Assembly: GCF_044704955.1 (NCBI RefSeq)
Contig: NC_091997.1
Location: forward strand, 69,750,001 to 69,814,000
Length of the DNA stretch: 64,000 bases
Source: Pristiophorus japonicus
Lineage: Eukaryota
Direction of reading: 5' to 3'
Below, one piece after another: positions 1-14,811 of the stretch. Each line of letters begins with the position of its first letter. Positions within the stretch are counted from its first letter, which is position 1. Below the pieces are notes generated by a model that worked only from the letters and a program-made list of their open reading frames with translations, searched no databases and had not been told where the DNA came from. The position numbers and the translations under genes were made by a program.

Positions 1-2134
1 ATTGTTCTATGTTGCCAATAACCATGGTGGTGAACAGAATAATTTGGTTTCAGAACAATTATCCAACATTGTTTAATTTAGGTCAGAAATACAGTATCGC
101 AGCCTTAACCGGTTAGATTATTTGCATATTAGCAATATGCAGCTTCGGGAATTATAGCGGGTGCTCAACAAAGAGAGCCCTTTTCAAATTATCTTGCAAA
201 GTAACAGACAACAGAAATGTCTTCACTCAGAGGGTGGTGAATCATTGGAATTCTCTACCCCAGAGGGCTGTGGAGGCTTAGTCGTTGAGTATATTCAAGA
301 CAGAGATCGACAGATTTTTGAATATGAAGGGAATCAAGGGATATGGGGACAGTGCAGGAAAGTGGAGTTGAGGTAGATCAGCCATGATCTCATTGAATGG
401 TGGAGGATGTTCAAAGGGCTGAAGGGCCTACTCCCGAAAGACAGAGCAGCCTTCTGTCGGATGAGACATTAAACCGAGGCCCTGTCTGCTCTCAAATGAA
501 CGTAAATGATCCCATGGCACTATTTCGAAGAGGAGTTATCCCTGGTGCCCTGACCAATATTTATCCCTCAATCAACATCACTAAAAAAACAGATTAGCTG
601 GTTATCACATTATTGTTTGTGGGAGCTTGCTGTGCACAAATTGGCTGCTGTATTTACCACATTACAATAGTGCCGACACTTTTTTAAAAAAAAGTTCTTT
701 ATTGGCTGTAAAGCACTTTGGGACATCTGATGGTCATGAAAGGCGCTTTATAAATGCACGTCTTTCTTTCATTTTCTTTTCCCATTTCTTATGTTCTTAT
801 AGCAACCATATTCTTGTTTTAAGTCTATATCTTAGATGAATGTTGATATAAAAAGGCGGGGAATGAGTCGATGTGCCTTAGAGATCAGGTCCAATCTCCT
901 GCCTGCACCAAGAACATAAATAACAAAAGAAATAGGAGCAGAAGTAGGCCATTTGGCCCCTCGAGCCTGCTCCGCCATTCAATAAGATCATGGGTGATCT
1001 GATCTTGGCCTCAACTTCACTTCCCTGCCCGCTCACCATAACCCTTGACTAAGTCAACTGATCTCAAACCAGGTGTGACAGGTGTGCTATAAAGTAGCTT
1101 CAGTGCCCTGGAAAGGAAATAGGAAATACAGCCCTGTAGAACGTTCTCATTCCTGATCCCTATCCTGTGATCCCTGTTGGAAGTACATGGATGTCAGGTG
1201 ACAACTGTCAGGCTGAGCTGTGTTTGTACCCCACCCTCACAGTCGAGCTTACTTGGGTGAGATAGCACTGGTCAACAGGTGCTCAAGGGCAGTACTCCAG
1301 TAAGTATTCAACATCTTCTAGCGAGGAGGGGAGTGGGAAATTAGCAAGCAAAAAATGGACTTGTATTACACTAACTGCTAGGAATGCCTGAACAACACAG
1401 ATCTAAAATAACCTGCAGATTCCTCACTAGTCTCCAGTAGCTACTAAGGACCGTCTGACTATTATTCACGTGAGTAAACTTGCCAAACCCGATTACTTCC
1501 ACACACAATTTATAAAATCCAGATTAGCCATTTTAAAAAGGTATGTTTTGTAACATTTCATATCAATTCCACGATTGCATGCGACCAAACTATAAAAGAT
1601 GGGCATTTAAAGTGAAACTGCCACTAAAGTGGGTTTCAAAATGGACCCCTTCGAAAATATTTTGTAATTAATATACATCAATATAGAGTCAAAGTTTTGA
1701 CATGTTAATTTACACACCAAGATCTTTTTAAGGAGGAACTTCCAATGGATTGCACAAGTTATGCATTACAAGCAACTTTTGAACAAGTTTATAGCAAATT
1801 ACAATGAGCTCAAACTGCCTGTTGGGTTGTGTTCAACACTGTCCCCAATTACTCATCATCCAACATGCCATCCATCCTGACAAGCAAACACTGCAACTTT
1901 CCTGGATCTTTCCCCTCTACCCAGCTAAGATCAAAAACTCTGATTCGCAGCAAAAAAAAAACCCCAGGCACAGAGGTATGTAAATCACTTTTTTCTCGAC
2001 TCAGATTTACCCGTATAGCACAGCTGCAAGTTTCTGCACATATATGGCTGGACTAGAAATAAGGAGCACTGCTAAAGTTCACTTTCTGGTGAAGCAGAAA
2101 GAAGGATTATTAACAGTATACAAACCAAACTTAC

Positions 2135-2215
2135 CAGCCTGGAGTTCTCGGTGAATGGATTAAAGTCATCAATTCCTTGCTGGTTAGCATTTGTCAGTTG
2201 AGTTACTGATGGATC
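2135..2215 (-). CDS. SCAMP2: SCAMP2 coding exon 2 (DPSVTQLTNANQQGIDDFNPFTENSRL)
   Basis: Pyrimidine-rich acceptor tgtttctgtcttctcag|GAT, 81 nt, phase 0, third NPF motif, CTG|GTAAG donor. The gene continues beyond the left window edge. Confidence 0.92.
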
Positions 2216-2959
2216 CTGAGAAGACAGAAACACACAGTACCTGTGAGCATAAGTACTATTGGGAAAACTTCACTGCATTAAACAATTCCTTCCCTGGGAG
2301 AGTGTATAAAATGGAATCTAGATTCATTCATGGGTAACTTAAACTCAGCAGAATAGGTGCCTCTGCTAAATTTTGCTCTTATCTCAAGTGTGTAGCTAAA
2401 TTAGCTTTCCTCTCATCAGTTTCTCAGTCTCCTCCTCTCCCTCCTATTTAAGCAAAGTTATCTTGGGACCCACAGGTATTAGAATAATGGAACAACGAGC
2501 TGCATATTCCAGCCTCCTCCCCCCACCACCTCCTAAAGTACCAACACAGTGATATATTGATGCTTGACTGCTGAGCCCCTCGGGTACCTCACCCAAGTGG
2601 TAATTTTTCATGTGAGCCCAGACAGCGTCAGCAACAATTCACTGAGGGGAGAGGAGACTATAGCCATCCCCACTCTGACCAATGTCCACACATACACAGT
2701 TTCCGTCAAGGACTGCAAATTTAGGAGGCAGAAACCCTGGTGATTTCCCCTTCCCTAGCCCAAGGACAGCATCTCTGCTACCACCATAACTGCGATTAAA
2801 TTCGTCATCAAGGACATATTATTCGGATGTTCAGATCATTATCCTCCAGTACCACTAAATTCGACTGGCAAAAGAAATGCAGTTGCTGCATTAAAATAAT
2901 CGCCGTACAAGCATATATAACAAGGTGACCATCCACCAGAAGGGAGCAGTTAATAGGTA

Positions 2960-3286
2960 CAGGCTGAATCTCTCTTATCCGGAACCCTCGGGATCTGGTC
3001 TGTTCTCGATAAGGGATTTTTCTGGACGAGGGGCGGTCATGTTAAATTGGATGGTACAGGTACTGAGCAAGGGGATATCGGGGCTGGCTGACTTGCAGCA
3101 GAGAGATCATGGGGCGGGGGGGTGGGGGGGGGCTCCGGTGGATCGCGGGGTTAGGCCAGTGATTGCGGGAGTCGGCAGCGAGGAAGGACTTCAATTTGTT
3201 TATGTCGGAGTTCTGCACATGTGCCACTCGGTAGCCGGGAATGGTTCTGGACGAGGAGTGGTTCTGGATAAGGGAGGTTCAACCTG
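2960..3286. mobile_element. Tc1/mariner (pogo/Tigger-like) MITE, 327 bp
   Basis: TA|CAGGCTGAATCTCTCTTATCCGGAA ... TTCTGGATAAGGGAGGTTCAACCTG|TA: ~25-bp imperfect TIRs with TA target duplication. Confidence 0.85.
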
Positions 3287-6139
3287 TAACAGTTGATGTC
3301 AAGAATAAAATGTACAGATTCTTCACAAGGAAATCATGTGAGCAGCTGTTGCACGATCGGGGGCATAATGTTATCAACTTTGAATGTGGGACCGCTGGCT
3401 ATGGATCTTTAATGCCTTCAATTTACTGCCTAACCTTTTGTTCTACATCAGCACCATTAGAACATAAGAAATAGGAGCAGGAGTCGGCCATTTGGCCCCT
3501 CGAGCCTGCTCCGCCATTTAATAAGATCATGGCTGATCTGATCTCGGCCTCAACTTCAGCTTCCCTGCCGGCTCCCCATAACCCTCGACTTCCTTATTGT
3601 TCAGAACTCCCTTATCGTTCAGAAATTCTAAAGGTTTCCTGGATAGTCTTCTGAATGTTGCCCCTGCACAAAAGGACGCACCCCTACTTTGTCAAAAAAT
3701 AAATCCATTTTTCAAGTTTGAAGATGGAACCGGATGTTAAACTATACACAATATGAACAGGCACAATTATAGTAATGCACGTCAGTCTCTGTTTAGGAAG
3801 TTAAGTCTGCAATTTTGCAACTGTTTTAACATCAGTTTACAAGTTTTGTTCAAAAATAAGCATGTTAAACTTCTTTTTCTCAGGGTGACTCTCAGAATGC
3901 GTCAGCAATATTCCAGTTTCTTGCCCAATTGACTATTCTTCACGTTGATGACATTGACTGTTGGCAGGCTTTTTGGACGAAAACTCAATCCCATCCATAA
4001 GGAGTCAGCCTTGGCTCAGTGGTAGCGCTCTCACCCGAGTCAGAAGGTCAGAGGTTCAAACTTCACTCCAGACTCGAGCATATAATCCAGGCTGACATTT
4101 AAGTGCAGTACGAGGGAGTGCTGCACTGTCGGAGGTGCCGTCTTTCAGGTGAAACGTTAAACCAAGACTCCGTCTGCCCTCTCAGGTGAATATTTGTCAC
4201 TCTTCAAAGAAGAGCAGAGAAAGTTCTGCCGTTGTCCTGACAGCAACATTTATCCCTCTTACAACATCACAAATAGATTAGCTGATCATTTATCTCAACG
4301 CTGTTTGCGGGACCTTGCTGTGACTACACTTCATTGGCAATGAAGTACTTTGAGATGTTCTCAGACATGAATGCACGATTTTAATAAAAGTACTTTGCTT
4401 CTATATCCAAAATTAATGTAAATGCCGTTTCACTGGATAGTTATGAGCAGCAGCCTTTCCTAACCTAATGAAACTGATCCAATTTTAGCTCTGCCCATTA
4501 CCATTCCGAATGGGACTGACAAACTCATCACAAAGCAAATATCTTGTGAAGGTTCAACATCAGAATGTGTGCTGTATGAAGAATCTTACACTAATCAACT
4601 GTATTTCAAACATCTGCAGCAATTACATCCTAATTGACAATCTGTTTGAATTCAATCTAACTAAATGTTGGCACATGGATAGGCACAAAAAAAAACTATA
4701 GTGTAAAATGGAAACATTACTGCAAATACTGGGGAGGGATTAGACTCAGATCAAATTAGTTCAAAACATCAATTAATGTGTTAGATTATGTTACATTTAA
4801 TGTCCTAGATTAGGTTACTACCTCGATTACAGCCCTCAGTAGTTTTAAGCATCGACCTACAGTGCATCTGGTGAAAAGATGCACAAGCCGGCTTTCAACT
4901 TGAGTAGAAAATTTCAATTAAGCTGTAAACACATAGAAAGAGTCAAATCATCAGCATGCACCTTGTAATGCAAATTAAACTTTTTAAATCATTCCCCCCG
5001 GCCCATCCTTTCCTGTTTTGATTATTTTTGGTTAGTGGCTGCTGATAACAAGAGAACTTGCTTCTGATTACTAAGCTCAACCGTTCTGGAAGATTTAAAT
5101 GGAAATGCACTGCTGAAATAAAATAAAAACTGAAGCACTGTGGGTTTAAGGATTCTCTCGGCTGTTAGGTCCTACAATTCCCCCTTCTCCACACTCTCTG
5201 CCAGGGCTTCAATTGATAATGCAAATCAAGAAAATTCAAGTTAATCGCAAGAGAAATATGGATGACAAAGGCCATTTGCCTTATCTTGGCTTATCCGTCC
5301 AGGAAAACCCTGCAGTTGACCCATCGCAGCATCCATTTGTTTTCTAAATGATTTCAGGGTCTTTTTTAAATTCCTTTTCTTCTTGCTCATCTCCATTTTG
5401 TGTAAGGATTCCTGAAAATTGACCTAAACTTGTCTTTAACTAGTGTAATCCTGGTTTAGTTTGACTTAAATTTCCAGAATTCCTTTTTCCATACCATTTA
5501 CTATCTTAGCTCACCTCTTTTCATAAGAACATAAGAAATAGGAGCAGGCCATTTCGCCCCTCGAGCCTGCTATGCTATTCAATAAGATCTTGGCCTGAGT
5601 TCCACTTCCCTGCCCGCTCCATATAACCCTCGACTCCCTTTTCAAATATCTGTCTATCTCCATCTTAAATATATGCAATGACCCAGCCTCCACAGCTCTC
5701 TGAGGTAGAGAATTCAAAGTTGAAGAGCCACGTTTCTCCTGTCTTTTTCATATCTCAGTTCTCACTTGAAATTGGCCCTTTGGCTCTTGTCTGAAATGCC
5801 GCTAGGGCTCAAATGTCTTCTTTATTAGAACTGTGCTCGAAATATGGTCTGACGTGACTTTCTCAGACTTGTACTCCACTGTTTTTGCGATATAGTTCTG
5901 CATTCTATTTGCTTGATTGATTGCTGTTGCACAGTGGTGCAGCTCAGAGTCTATTGGCACTGTAATGTGTTGTACTGGTTTGATTGCACTGGCTGCTAAC
6001 CATGGCAAGCACTTTGTTCAAGGTTTCCTACATGAGTGATAACACAGCCTGTGAGGAGGATGAACCAACCCAACCAGAGAGGTAGCAGGTTCAACCCTGG
6101 CCAGTGTCAAAGCTGTGGCAACGGCACTGGTATTGCAAA

Positions 6140-6912
6140 AACAGGAAGGAAGATTATCTGAATGGTGACAGATTAGGAAAAGGGGAGGTGCAACGAGACC
6201 TGGGTGTCATGGTACATCAGTCATTGAAAGTTGGCATACAGGTACAGCAGGCGGTGGAGGCGGCAAATGGCATGTTGGCCTTCATAGCGAGAGGATTTGA
6301 GTATAGGAGCAGGGAGGTCTTACTGCAGTTCTACAGGGCCTTAGTGAGGCCACACCTTGAATATTGTGTACAGTTTTGGTCTCCTAATCTGAGGAAGGAC
6401 ATTCTTGCTATTGAGGGAGTGCAGCGAAGGTTCACCAGACTGATTCCCGGGATGACAGGACTGACACATGAAGAAAGACTGGATTGACTAGGCTTATATT
6501 CAATGGAATTTAGATGAATGAGAGGCGATCTCATAGAAACATATAAAATTCTGATGGGATTGGACAAGTTAGATGCAGGAAGAATGTTCCCAATGTTGGG
6601 GAAGTCCAGAACCAGGGGTCACAGTCTAAGGATAAGGGGTAAGCCATTTAGGACCGAGATGAGGAGAAACTTCTTCACTCAGAGAATTGTGAACCTGTGG
6701 AATTCTCTACCACAGAAAGTCGTTGAGGCCAGTTCGTTAGATATATTCAAAAGGGAGTTAGATGTGGTCCTTACGACTAAAGGGATCAAGGGGTATGGAG
6801 AGAAAGCAGGAATGGGGTACTGAAGTTGCATGATCAGCCATGATCATACTGAATGATGGTGCAGGCTCGAAGGGCCGAATGGCCTACTCCTGCACCTATT
6901 TTCTGTTTCTAT
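6140..6912 (+). mobile_element. CR1 LINE 3' fragment
   Basis: ORF2 C-terminal peptides LVRPHLEYCVQFWSP and RNFFTQRIVNLWNSLP, plus 3' UTR and tail. Confidence 0.92.
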
Positions 6913-8324
6913 GGGCCCAAGTTTCAAGCCGCGCCTAGAACGGCACAGTCCCGACCTGGACGCCCATTTTTCGCGCCTAAAAAAAACCTCTGTATTCTCC
7001 ACCTCCCTGCAGGTCCTCTGGCCCTCGGCGCAGCGCAGCAGGAGCTGCAGGGGGCGGAGCCAGGTCCCTGCGCTGAAAGCAGTGCCGGGACCTCTGCACA
7101 TGCGCGCTACAGTGGGCACGCATGTGCAGTAGCTCCAGGCGCCCGAAACTGTGTGGGAGGGGCCGAAGCACGCAGCCCCTAGCCCTGGCCGAATGGCCTC
7201 ACTGGGGCTGCGTGAATAAGGCTCCTCCCACGGCCAGCTCCTGCTTCCTCCCGACCCGACTCGACTCCCGCTTCCCGCCTTCGGACCGGACCCCCCCCCC
7301 CCGACTGGACCCGACCCGGCTCCCGCTCCACCCCCCCCCCCCCCCCCCACCGACCGGACCCGACCCCGGTCCGTGTCCCCCCCCCCCCCCAGACCCGGAC
7401 CCGACTCCCGCTTCACCCCCCCCCGGCCCCCGGACTGGATCCGACCTCCCTCCCATCACCACCCCCCCCCCACCCGACACGACCCAACGCCACCTACCTG
7501 TAAATCTGGTGCTGGGGATGGGCCCTGCCTGAAGTCTCAGGCCCGGCCCGTTCAGCCTCCCTCCCCCCCCCCAATCTCCCCTTCCCCCCCCCCCCCACAA
7601 ACCATCTCCCTTTCCCCCCCCCAATCTCCCCTTCTCCCCCCCCCCCCCCCAATCTCCCCTTCTTCCCCAGCCCCCCCCCAAATCTCCCCTTCTACCCCCC
7701 TCGCTGTCAGAAACACAGACACTGACAGACAGAGAATGAGAGACACACACAGACAGACTGAGAGATAGAGACACTGACAGAGACACACTGGGGTGGGGGG
7801 CATCCCAGCACGCTGTTGGAGGGCTCCCGGTGCTGCATAGAAAATGTTTTATTTATTGATTTAAAAAAATTATTTCTTATTAATTTTTTGATTGATTTAT
7901 TGGTTGATTTATTGATGTATTTATCATTTATTATTGATGATGGCTCTTTATTTGTAAAACTGAAGTGTTTAATGTTTGTAAACTTCCCTTTAAACCCCCT
8001 CCCCCCACCATTCCCTACGCCTGATTTGTAACCTATGCCTGATTTTCTAAAGTGTAGACAAGGTTTTTTTTGAGCGTACAAAAATCTTCACTTACTCCAT
8101 TCTAAGTTAGTTTGGAGTAAGTTTTCACTGACGAAACTTTGAAAACAGGCGTAAGTGGCCGGACACGCCCCCTTTTGAAAAAAAAATTCTGTTCCAAAGT
8201 GAAACTGTTCTAACTGACTAGAACTCGAGCAAACTAAATGACGAGAATTCCGATTTCTAAGATACTCCGTTCTATACCAGTTGCTCCTAAAAATCAGGAG
8301 CAAATCATGTGGAAAATTGGGGCC
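6913..8324. mobile_element. Non-autonomous DNA transposon (~1.4 kb, possibly Harbinger-like) inserted in a CR1 tail
   Basis: Ends GGGCCCAAGTTTC and GAAAATTGGGGCC are imperfect TIRs; TAT on both flanks; interrupts the TTTCTATG tail of the CR1; GC-rich non-coding interior. Confidence 0.7.
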
Positions 8325-8551
8325 TATGTTTCTAACATTGTTCATTGGCAAATGTTTCAAACGTAGTTGATCTTTTGGACAGCAAACCCCTTTTTTACTT
8401 CCAGCTGACTTTCATTTATAACATAATTTGAAGGAATGGAGCCTAATTTAAAAAGTGTAGAATACAGAACATAAGAATTAGGAGCAGGAGTCGGCCATTC
8501 AATCAGATCATGGCTGATCATCTACCTCAACTCCACTTTCCTGCGCTATCC

Positions 8552-11500
8552 CCATATAGAAACATAGAAAATAGGTGCAGGAGTAGGCCATTCGGCCCTT
8601 CGAGCCTGCACCACCATTCAATAAGATCATGGCTGATCATTTCCTCAGTACCCCTTTCCTGCTTTCTCTCCATACCCCTTGTTCCCTTTAGTCGTAAGGG
8701 CCACATCTAACTCCCTTTTGAATATATCTAACGAACTGGCCTCAACGACTTTCTACGGCAGGGAATTCCACAGGTTAACAACTCTTGAGTGAAGAAGTTT
8801 CTCCTCGTCTCAGTCCTAATTGGCCTACCCTTTATCCTAAGACTGTGTCCCCTGGTTCTGGACTTCCCCAACATCGGGAACAATCTACCCGCATCTAACC
8901 TGTCCAATCCCGTCAGAATCTTGCATGTTCAAGAGGGAATTAGATATGGCCCTTACGGTTAAGGGGGTCAAGGGGTATGGAGAGAAAGCAGGAAAGGGGT
9001 ACTGAAGGAATGATCAGCTATGATCTTATTGAATGGTGGTGCAGGTTCGAAGGGCCGATGGGCCTACTCCTGCACCTATTTTCGATGATTCTATCAGGTC
9101 CCCTCTCATCCTTCTAAACTCCAATGTATAAAGGCCCAGTTGATCCAGTCTCTCCTCATATGTCAGTCCGGCCATTCCAGGAATCAGTCTGGTAAACCTT
9201 CGCTGCACTCCCTCAATAGCAAGAAAGTCCTTCCTCAGATTAGGAGACCAAAAATTGAACACAATATTCCAGCTGAGGCCTCACCAAGGCCCTGCACAAC
9301 TGCAGTAAGATCTCCCTGCTCCTATACTCAAATCCCCTAGCTATGAAGGTCAACATACCATTTGCCTTCTTTACTGCCTGCTCACCTGTATGCCAACTTT
9401 CAATGACTGATGAACCATGACACCCAGGTCTCGTTGCACCTCCCCCTTTCCTAATCTGCCACCATTCAGATAATCTGTCTTTGCATTTTTGCCCCCAAAC
9501 TAGATAACCTCACATTTATCCACATTATACAGCATCTGCCATGCATTTGCCCACTCACCTAACCTGTCCAAGTCACCCTGTAGCCTCTTAGTGTCCCCCT
9601 CACAGCTCACACCGCCACCCAGTTTAGTGTCATCTGCAAACTTGAAGATATTACACTCAATTCCTTCATCCAAATCATTGATGTATATTGTAAAGAGCTG
9701 GTCCCAGCACTGAGCCCTACAGCACTCCACTAGTCACTGCCTGCCATTCTGAAAAGCACCCATTTATCCTGACACTCTGCTTCCTGTCTGCCAACCAGTT
9801 CTCTATCCATGTCAGTATATTACCCCCAATATCATGTGCTTTGATTTTGCACACCAATCTCTTGTGTGGGACCTTGTCAAAAGCTTTTTGAAAGTCCAAA
9901 TACACCACATCCACTGGTTCTCCCTTGTCCACTCTACTAGTTACATCCTCAAAAAATTCCAGAAGATTTGTCAAGCATGATTTCCCCTTCATAAATCCAT
10001 GCTGACTTGGACCGATCCTGTCACTGCTTTCCAAATGCGCTGCTATTTCATCCTTAATAATTGATTCCAACATTTTCCCCACCACTGATGTCAGGTCAAC
10101 CGGTCTATAATTACCCGCTTTCTCTCTCCCTCCCTTTTAAAAAAAGTGGTGTTACATTAGCTACCCTGCAGTCCATAGGAACTGATCCAGAGTCGATAGA
10201 CTGTTGAAAAATGATCACCAATGCATCCACTATTTCTAGGGCCACTTCCTCAAGTACTCTGGGATGCAGACTATATGGCCCTGGGGATTTATCGGCCTTC
10301 AATCCCATCAATTTTCCGAACACAATTTCCCGCCTAATAAGGATATCCTTCAGTTCCTCCTTCTCGCTAGACCCTCGGTCCCCTAGTACTTTCGGAAGGT
10401 TATGTGTGTCTTCCTTCGTGAAGATAGAACCAAAGTATATGTTCAATTGGTCTGCCATTTCTTTGTTCCCCCATTATAAATTCACCTCAATCCAACTGCA
10501 AGGGACCGACTAATCTTTTTCTCTTCACATATCTATAGAAGCTTTTGCAGTCAGTTTTTATATTCGCGTACTCGATTTTCCTCCTCTTAATTAAACCCTT
10601 TGTCCTCCTCTACTGAATTCTAAATTTCTCCCAGTCCTCAGGCTTGCTGCTTTTTCTGGCCAATTTATATACCTCTTCCTTGGATTTAACACTATCCTTA
10701 ATTTCCCTTATTAGCCACGGTTGAGCCACCTTCCCCATTTTATTTTTACTCCAGGCAGGGATGTACAATTGTTGAAGTTCATCCATGTGATCTTTAAATG
10801 TTTGCCATTGCCTATCCACCGTCAACCCTTTAAATATCATTTGCAAGTCTACTCTAGCTAATTCACACCTCAAACCATTGAAGTTACCTTTCCTTAAGTT
10901 CAGGACCCTAGTTTCTGAATTAACTGTGTCACTCTCCATCCTAATAAAGAATTCTACCATGTTATGGTCACTCTTCCCCAAGGGGTCTCGCACAGGATTG
11001 CTAATTAGTCCTTGCACATCACCCAGTCTAGGATGGCCAGCTCCCTGGTTGGTTCCTCGACATATTGGTCTCGAAAACCATCCCTAATACACTCCAGGAA
11101 ATCCTCCTCCACCGCATTGCTACCAGTTTGGTGAGCCCAATCAATATGTAGATTAAAGTCACCCATGATAACTGCTGTACCTTTATTGCATGCATCCCTT
11201 ATTTCTTGTTTGATGCTGTCCCCAACCTTTGATGGTCTGTACACAACTCCCACTAGCGTTTTCTGCCCCTTGGTATTCCGCAGCTCCACCCATACCGATT
11301 CCACATCATCCAAGCTAATGTCCTTTCTTACTATTGCATTAATTTCCTCTTTAACCAGCAATGCCAACCCGCCTCCTTTTCCTTTCTGTCTATCCTTCCT
11401 AAATGTTGAATACCCCTGGATGTTGAGTTCCCAGCCTTGGTCACCCTGGAGCCATGTCTCCGTGATACCAATTGCATCATACCCGTTAACTATTATCTGC

Positions 11501-11725
11501 GCAGTTAATTAGTCCACCTTATTCCAAATACTCCTCGCATTGGGCACACAGAGTCTTCAGGCTTGTCTTTCGAACACACTTTGCCCCTTTAAAATTTTGC
11601 TGTAATGTGGCCCTTTTTGCTTTTTGCCTTAGGTTTCTCTGCCCTCCACTTTTACTTTTCTTCTTTCTATCTTTTGCTTCTGCCCCCATTCTACTTCACT
11701 CTGTCTCCCTGCATAGGTTCCCATC
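8552..11725 (-). mobile_element. Long decayed CR1 LINE (APE endonuclease + RT) with a nested opposite-strand CR1 tail at ~8928-9086
   Basis: Fragments with VGVVYRP/MGDFN (EN), SDHN, QHGF..KSCLTNLLEFF, YLDFQKAFDKVPH and FADD (RT); frameshifted. Confidence 0.95.
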
Positions 11726-13529
11726 CTTGCCTCCTAGCAGGATGCTTCTGTCCACTTCCACATTAAAATTACTATCTTTGAAGCTAGACAGCAAAGCTCC
11801 TTAACTAAGGATTACTTTTGAACAAAAAGGAGGCAGATACAAGTGCGCAAAACAGAACATACAACAGATAAAGTACGTGACAAAGTGCTTACTTGCTCAG
11901 TTAGTTTATTTAAAGTCCTGGCTCAGTAGGTAAATGCATCACATGGTGCGGCACTGAACCACGCAGGCTAGAATGACTATGGGCTCTGTACCCGGTCTGC
12001 ATCGAATTAACCAACCCCAGTTGGAGGCCACACACACACACACACGTTTGTTAACCAGCTGCCACTGCTGGAAGTTTATCAGTGACCATCAGGCAAGAAG
12101 GGAATTGAACTTGTATACAACATAACAGGAGTCGGCCATTTGACCCTTCGAGCCTGTTCTGCCATTCAATAAGATCATGGCTGATCTGATCTTGGCCTCA
12201 GTTCCCCTTCCCTGCCTGTTCCCCATAACCCTGGACTCACTTATCATTCAAAAATCTGTCTATCTCCACCTTAAATATATGCAATGATCCAGCCTCCACA
12301 GCTCTCTGGGGTAGAGATTTCCAAAGATTCACGAACCTCAGAAAATAAATTCTTCCTCATTTCCGTTTTAAATGGGCACCAAAATTCTCTGTTTGATTCA
12401 CGTGATGAATAGCCAGAAAAACATTAAGGTGCAAGAACTGCAACTCTGGTGATAAAAATCACACCGACGTGACAGCCTACCGCCCAAATTGTGTTGGCAA
12501 ATACTAGTTTCAATTCTGCACAGCCAGACTTGCTATTTTACACTGGGGCAAAGCAGCAGAGAGCTAATGCAACCTCACCTGGGAATCATATCCCAGGCAC
12601 GAGTTGCTACATTTGACCAGGAGGGTTAGAAAAGGTGGAGGAAGAAGGGAGAGTAAAATAAAGTGAAGCTATGGCATCAAATCAAAACTTAATCTAATGC
12701 TAGCTTAATTCCTTCTTGGAGCTGCACGTTGGTAAGTTTGTGCTTCTGTAAATAATGCAGAACAGGATGTGCACCTGGGCTGTTCCAGTGAGTAAGGAGC
12801 CACCCATTAAATGTACTTAAGATAGTATATTTGAGTGTCTCTAGAGAGGTTGTAAATAAAGAAAAGATATCCATGCAGATTGCTACATACTGTGAAGGCA
12901 CCAAACCTAGAACCAGTTGAAGTGACTAAAAGACGAGGAATTTAACTGGTCAAACTTGTATTCTCTGATGAATTTGCTTGGAAATTCACATCTCATTATG
13001 TGTTAAAAAATTAAATTGGAATTAAGAAAATCAAAATTTAACAATGCTTTATTATAAAGGATTTTGAGCGAGAGTGTAAACTGTACTCCCAACCTTAAAA
13101 ATTAATCAAAAATGCTGTATTTTTAATGCGTTTGTATTTACATCTCGTCAGTATTTTAAACATATCAAATAAATGTACACATCTTTATGAATTGAAATGC
13201 ACAGGAATTCTATGCATCAAAGCTTTAGAAAATATGCAGCTAAATACAAAAAGAACAAAACTATTTGTGCACACTAGAAAAGTGGGGCAATGAAAAATTG
13301 CAATCGACACAATAGCACATTAGTTTAGTGGAGAACCTGATGAAAGATGATGGGTCTACTCCACATGCATTGATTTTTCGTTAATCTGTCTCCCTCCCAT
13401 TTTCATTCTTGGCTGCCCCATTTTCTTTCCATTCTACTTCTGCTCAACAAACCATTTTAAAATCCCACGAAGCTTCCATCAACACTGACACCTGGCACAC
13501 TAGTTCAAGTCGTGTCAAACTGCTAGGTA

Positions 13530-13995
13530 TCTCACTGCCTGCCTGGCATCCCATCTTCATAAACTTGAACTCATCCAAAGCTCGGCTGCCCGTGTCCTAA
13601 CTCACACCAAGTCCCATTCGCCAATCACCCCCTGTGCTCGCTGACCTACATTGGCTCCCGGTCCAGCAACGCCTTGATTTTAAAATTCTCATCCTGGTTT
13701 CATCAGCCCGCCCTATCTCTGTAACCTCCTCCAGCCCTACAACCCGCCAGGATCTCTGCGATCCTCCAATTCTGTCCCCTTGCGTTCCTCGATTTTAATT
13801 GCTTTACCATTGCCGGCCATGCCTTCAGTTGCCTGGGTCCTAGGCTCTGGAATTCCCTCCCTAAACCTCTCCACCTCTCCTGGTAGATGCTCCTTAATAC
13901 CCACCTCTAACCAAGTTTTCGGTCACCTATCCTAGTATATCCTTGTGGCTTGATGACAAATTCAATGGCGCTATATAAATGAAAGTTGTTGTTGC
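13530..13995 (+). mobile_element. L2-type LINE 3' fragment
   Basis: LHWLPV.QRLDFKIL-type coding remnant, tail GGCGCTATATAAATGAAAGTTGTTGTTG. Confidence 0.8.
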
Positions 13996-14811
13996 CTTTT
14001 AATACAAAATCAGAAGCTAAAAAAGTATATTTTTTTCAAAAACAAAACAGGATCTGTGGTTTTAACAAGATACACACCAAGCTGAAAACCATTATGTGGG
14101 TCTGCAGCACTTGCGATTTATTTACCATCAATTCCCATGTATAGTCTTCATTTATAGAAATTACTTTATATTATTAACCTCCCACATTCAATTGGTCAAT
14201 TGTATACAATATGTACCTTAGCAAAAAGCACCTGCAATATTTTAAGATCACAATTCAGTCAGCCTATATTGTCAGTTGTGCCTACTTCAGCATGCAGTTC
14301 CAAGGAAATTTCAAATCTGTTCCGACCAACATTCAAGGATGCTATGCTTCCCAGAAACATTATTATAGTGTAACACGGTAGTTCTATGATAAAGTCACAC
14401 TGACAGTCTACTGTCCAAATTGAGGTGGCCAATTCTTGTTTCAGCTCTGTAGAACCAAACTTAATATTTTATCTGATGAAAGGACAGCGACCTAAAATTA
14501 TTTCTCTCTCCATAGGTATTGCCTGACCTACTCAGTGTTTCCAGCATTTTCTTGGTCTTGAATACACTTAACGACTGAGCCTCCACAGCCCTCTGGGGCA
14601 GAGAATTCCAAAGATTCACCACCCTCTAGAAACTCCTCCTCATTTCAGTCTTAAATGGCCAACCCCTTATTCTGAGACTGTGTCCCCATGTTTAAGCGTC
14701 TCCAGCCAGGGGAAACATTTTCACAGCAGTAACCCAGTCAAGCCCTTCAAGAATTTTATAAGTTGCAATGAGATCGCCTCTCATTCTTCTAAACTCTTAG
14801 GAAATATAGAC

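Noticed and set aside
1045-1350. Old interspersed repeat (similar pieces near 2470-2790, 35330-35580 and 44400-44640)
   Set aside because: Probably an ancient SINE-like family, but too diverged to name or delimit without an alignment.
4005-4080. tRNA-like A/B boxes (also ~38580, 45940, 53915, 61330)
   Set aside because: These are SINE heads continuing into the Deu-type body, not tRNA genes.
6844-7803. Overlapping Gly/Pro-rich ORFs and a CpG-island-like segment
   Set aside because: Low-complexity interior of a TIR-bounded non-autonomous transposon.
8552-11725. Potentially active reverse transcriptase gene
   Set aside because: Multiple frameshifts and stops plus a nested insertion; a dead CR1 copy.
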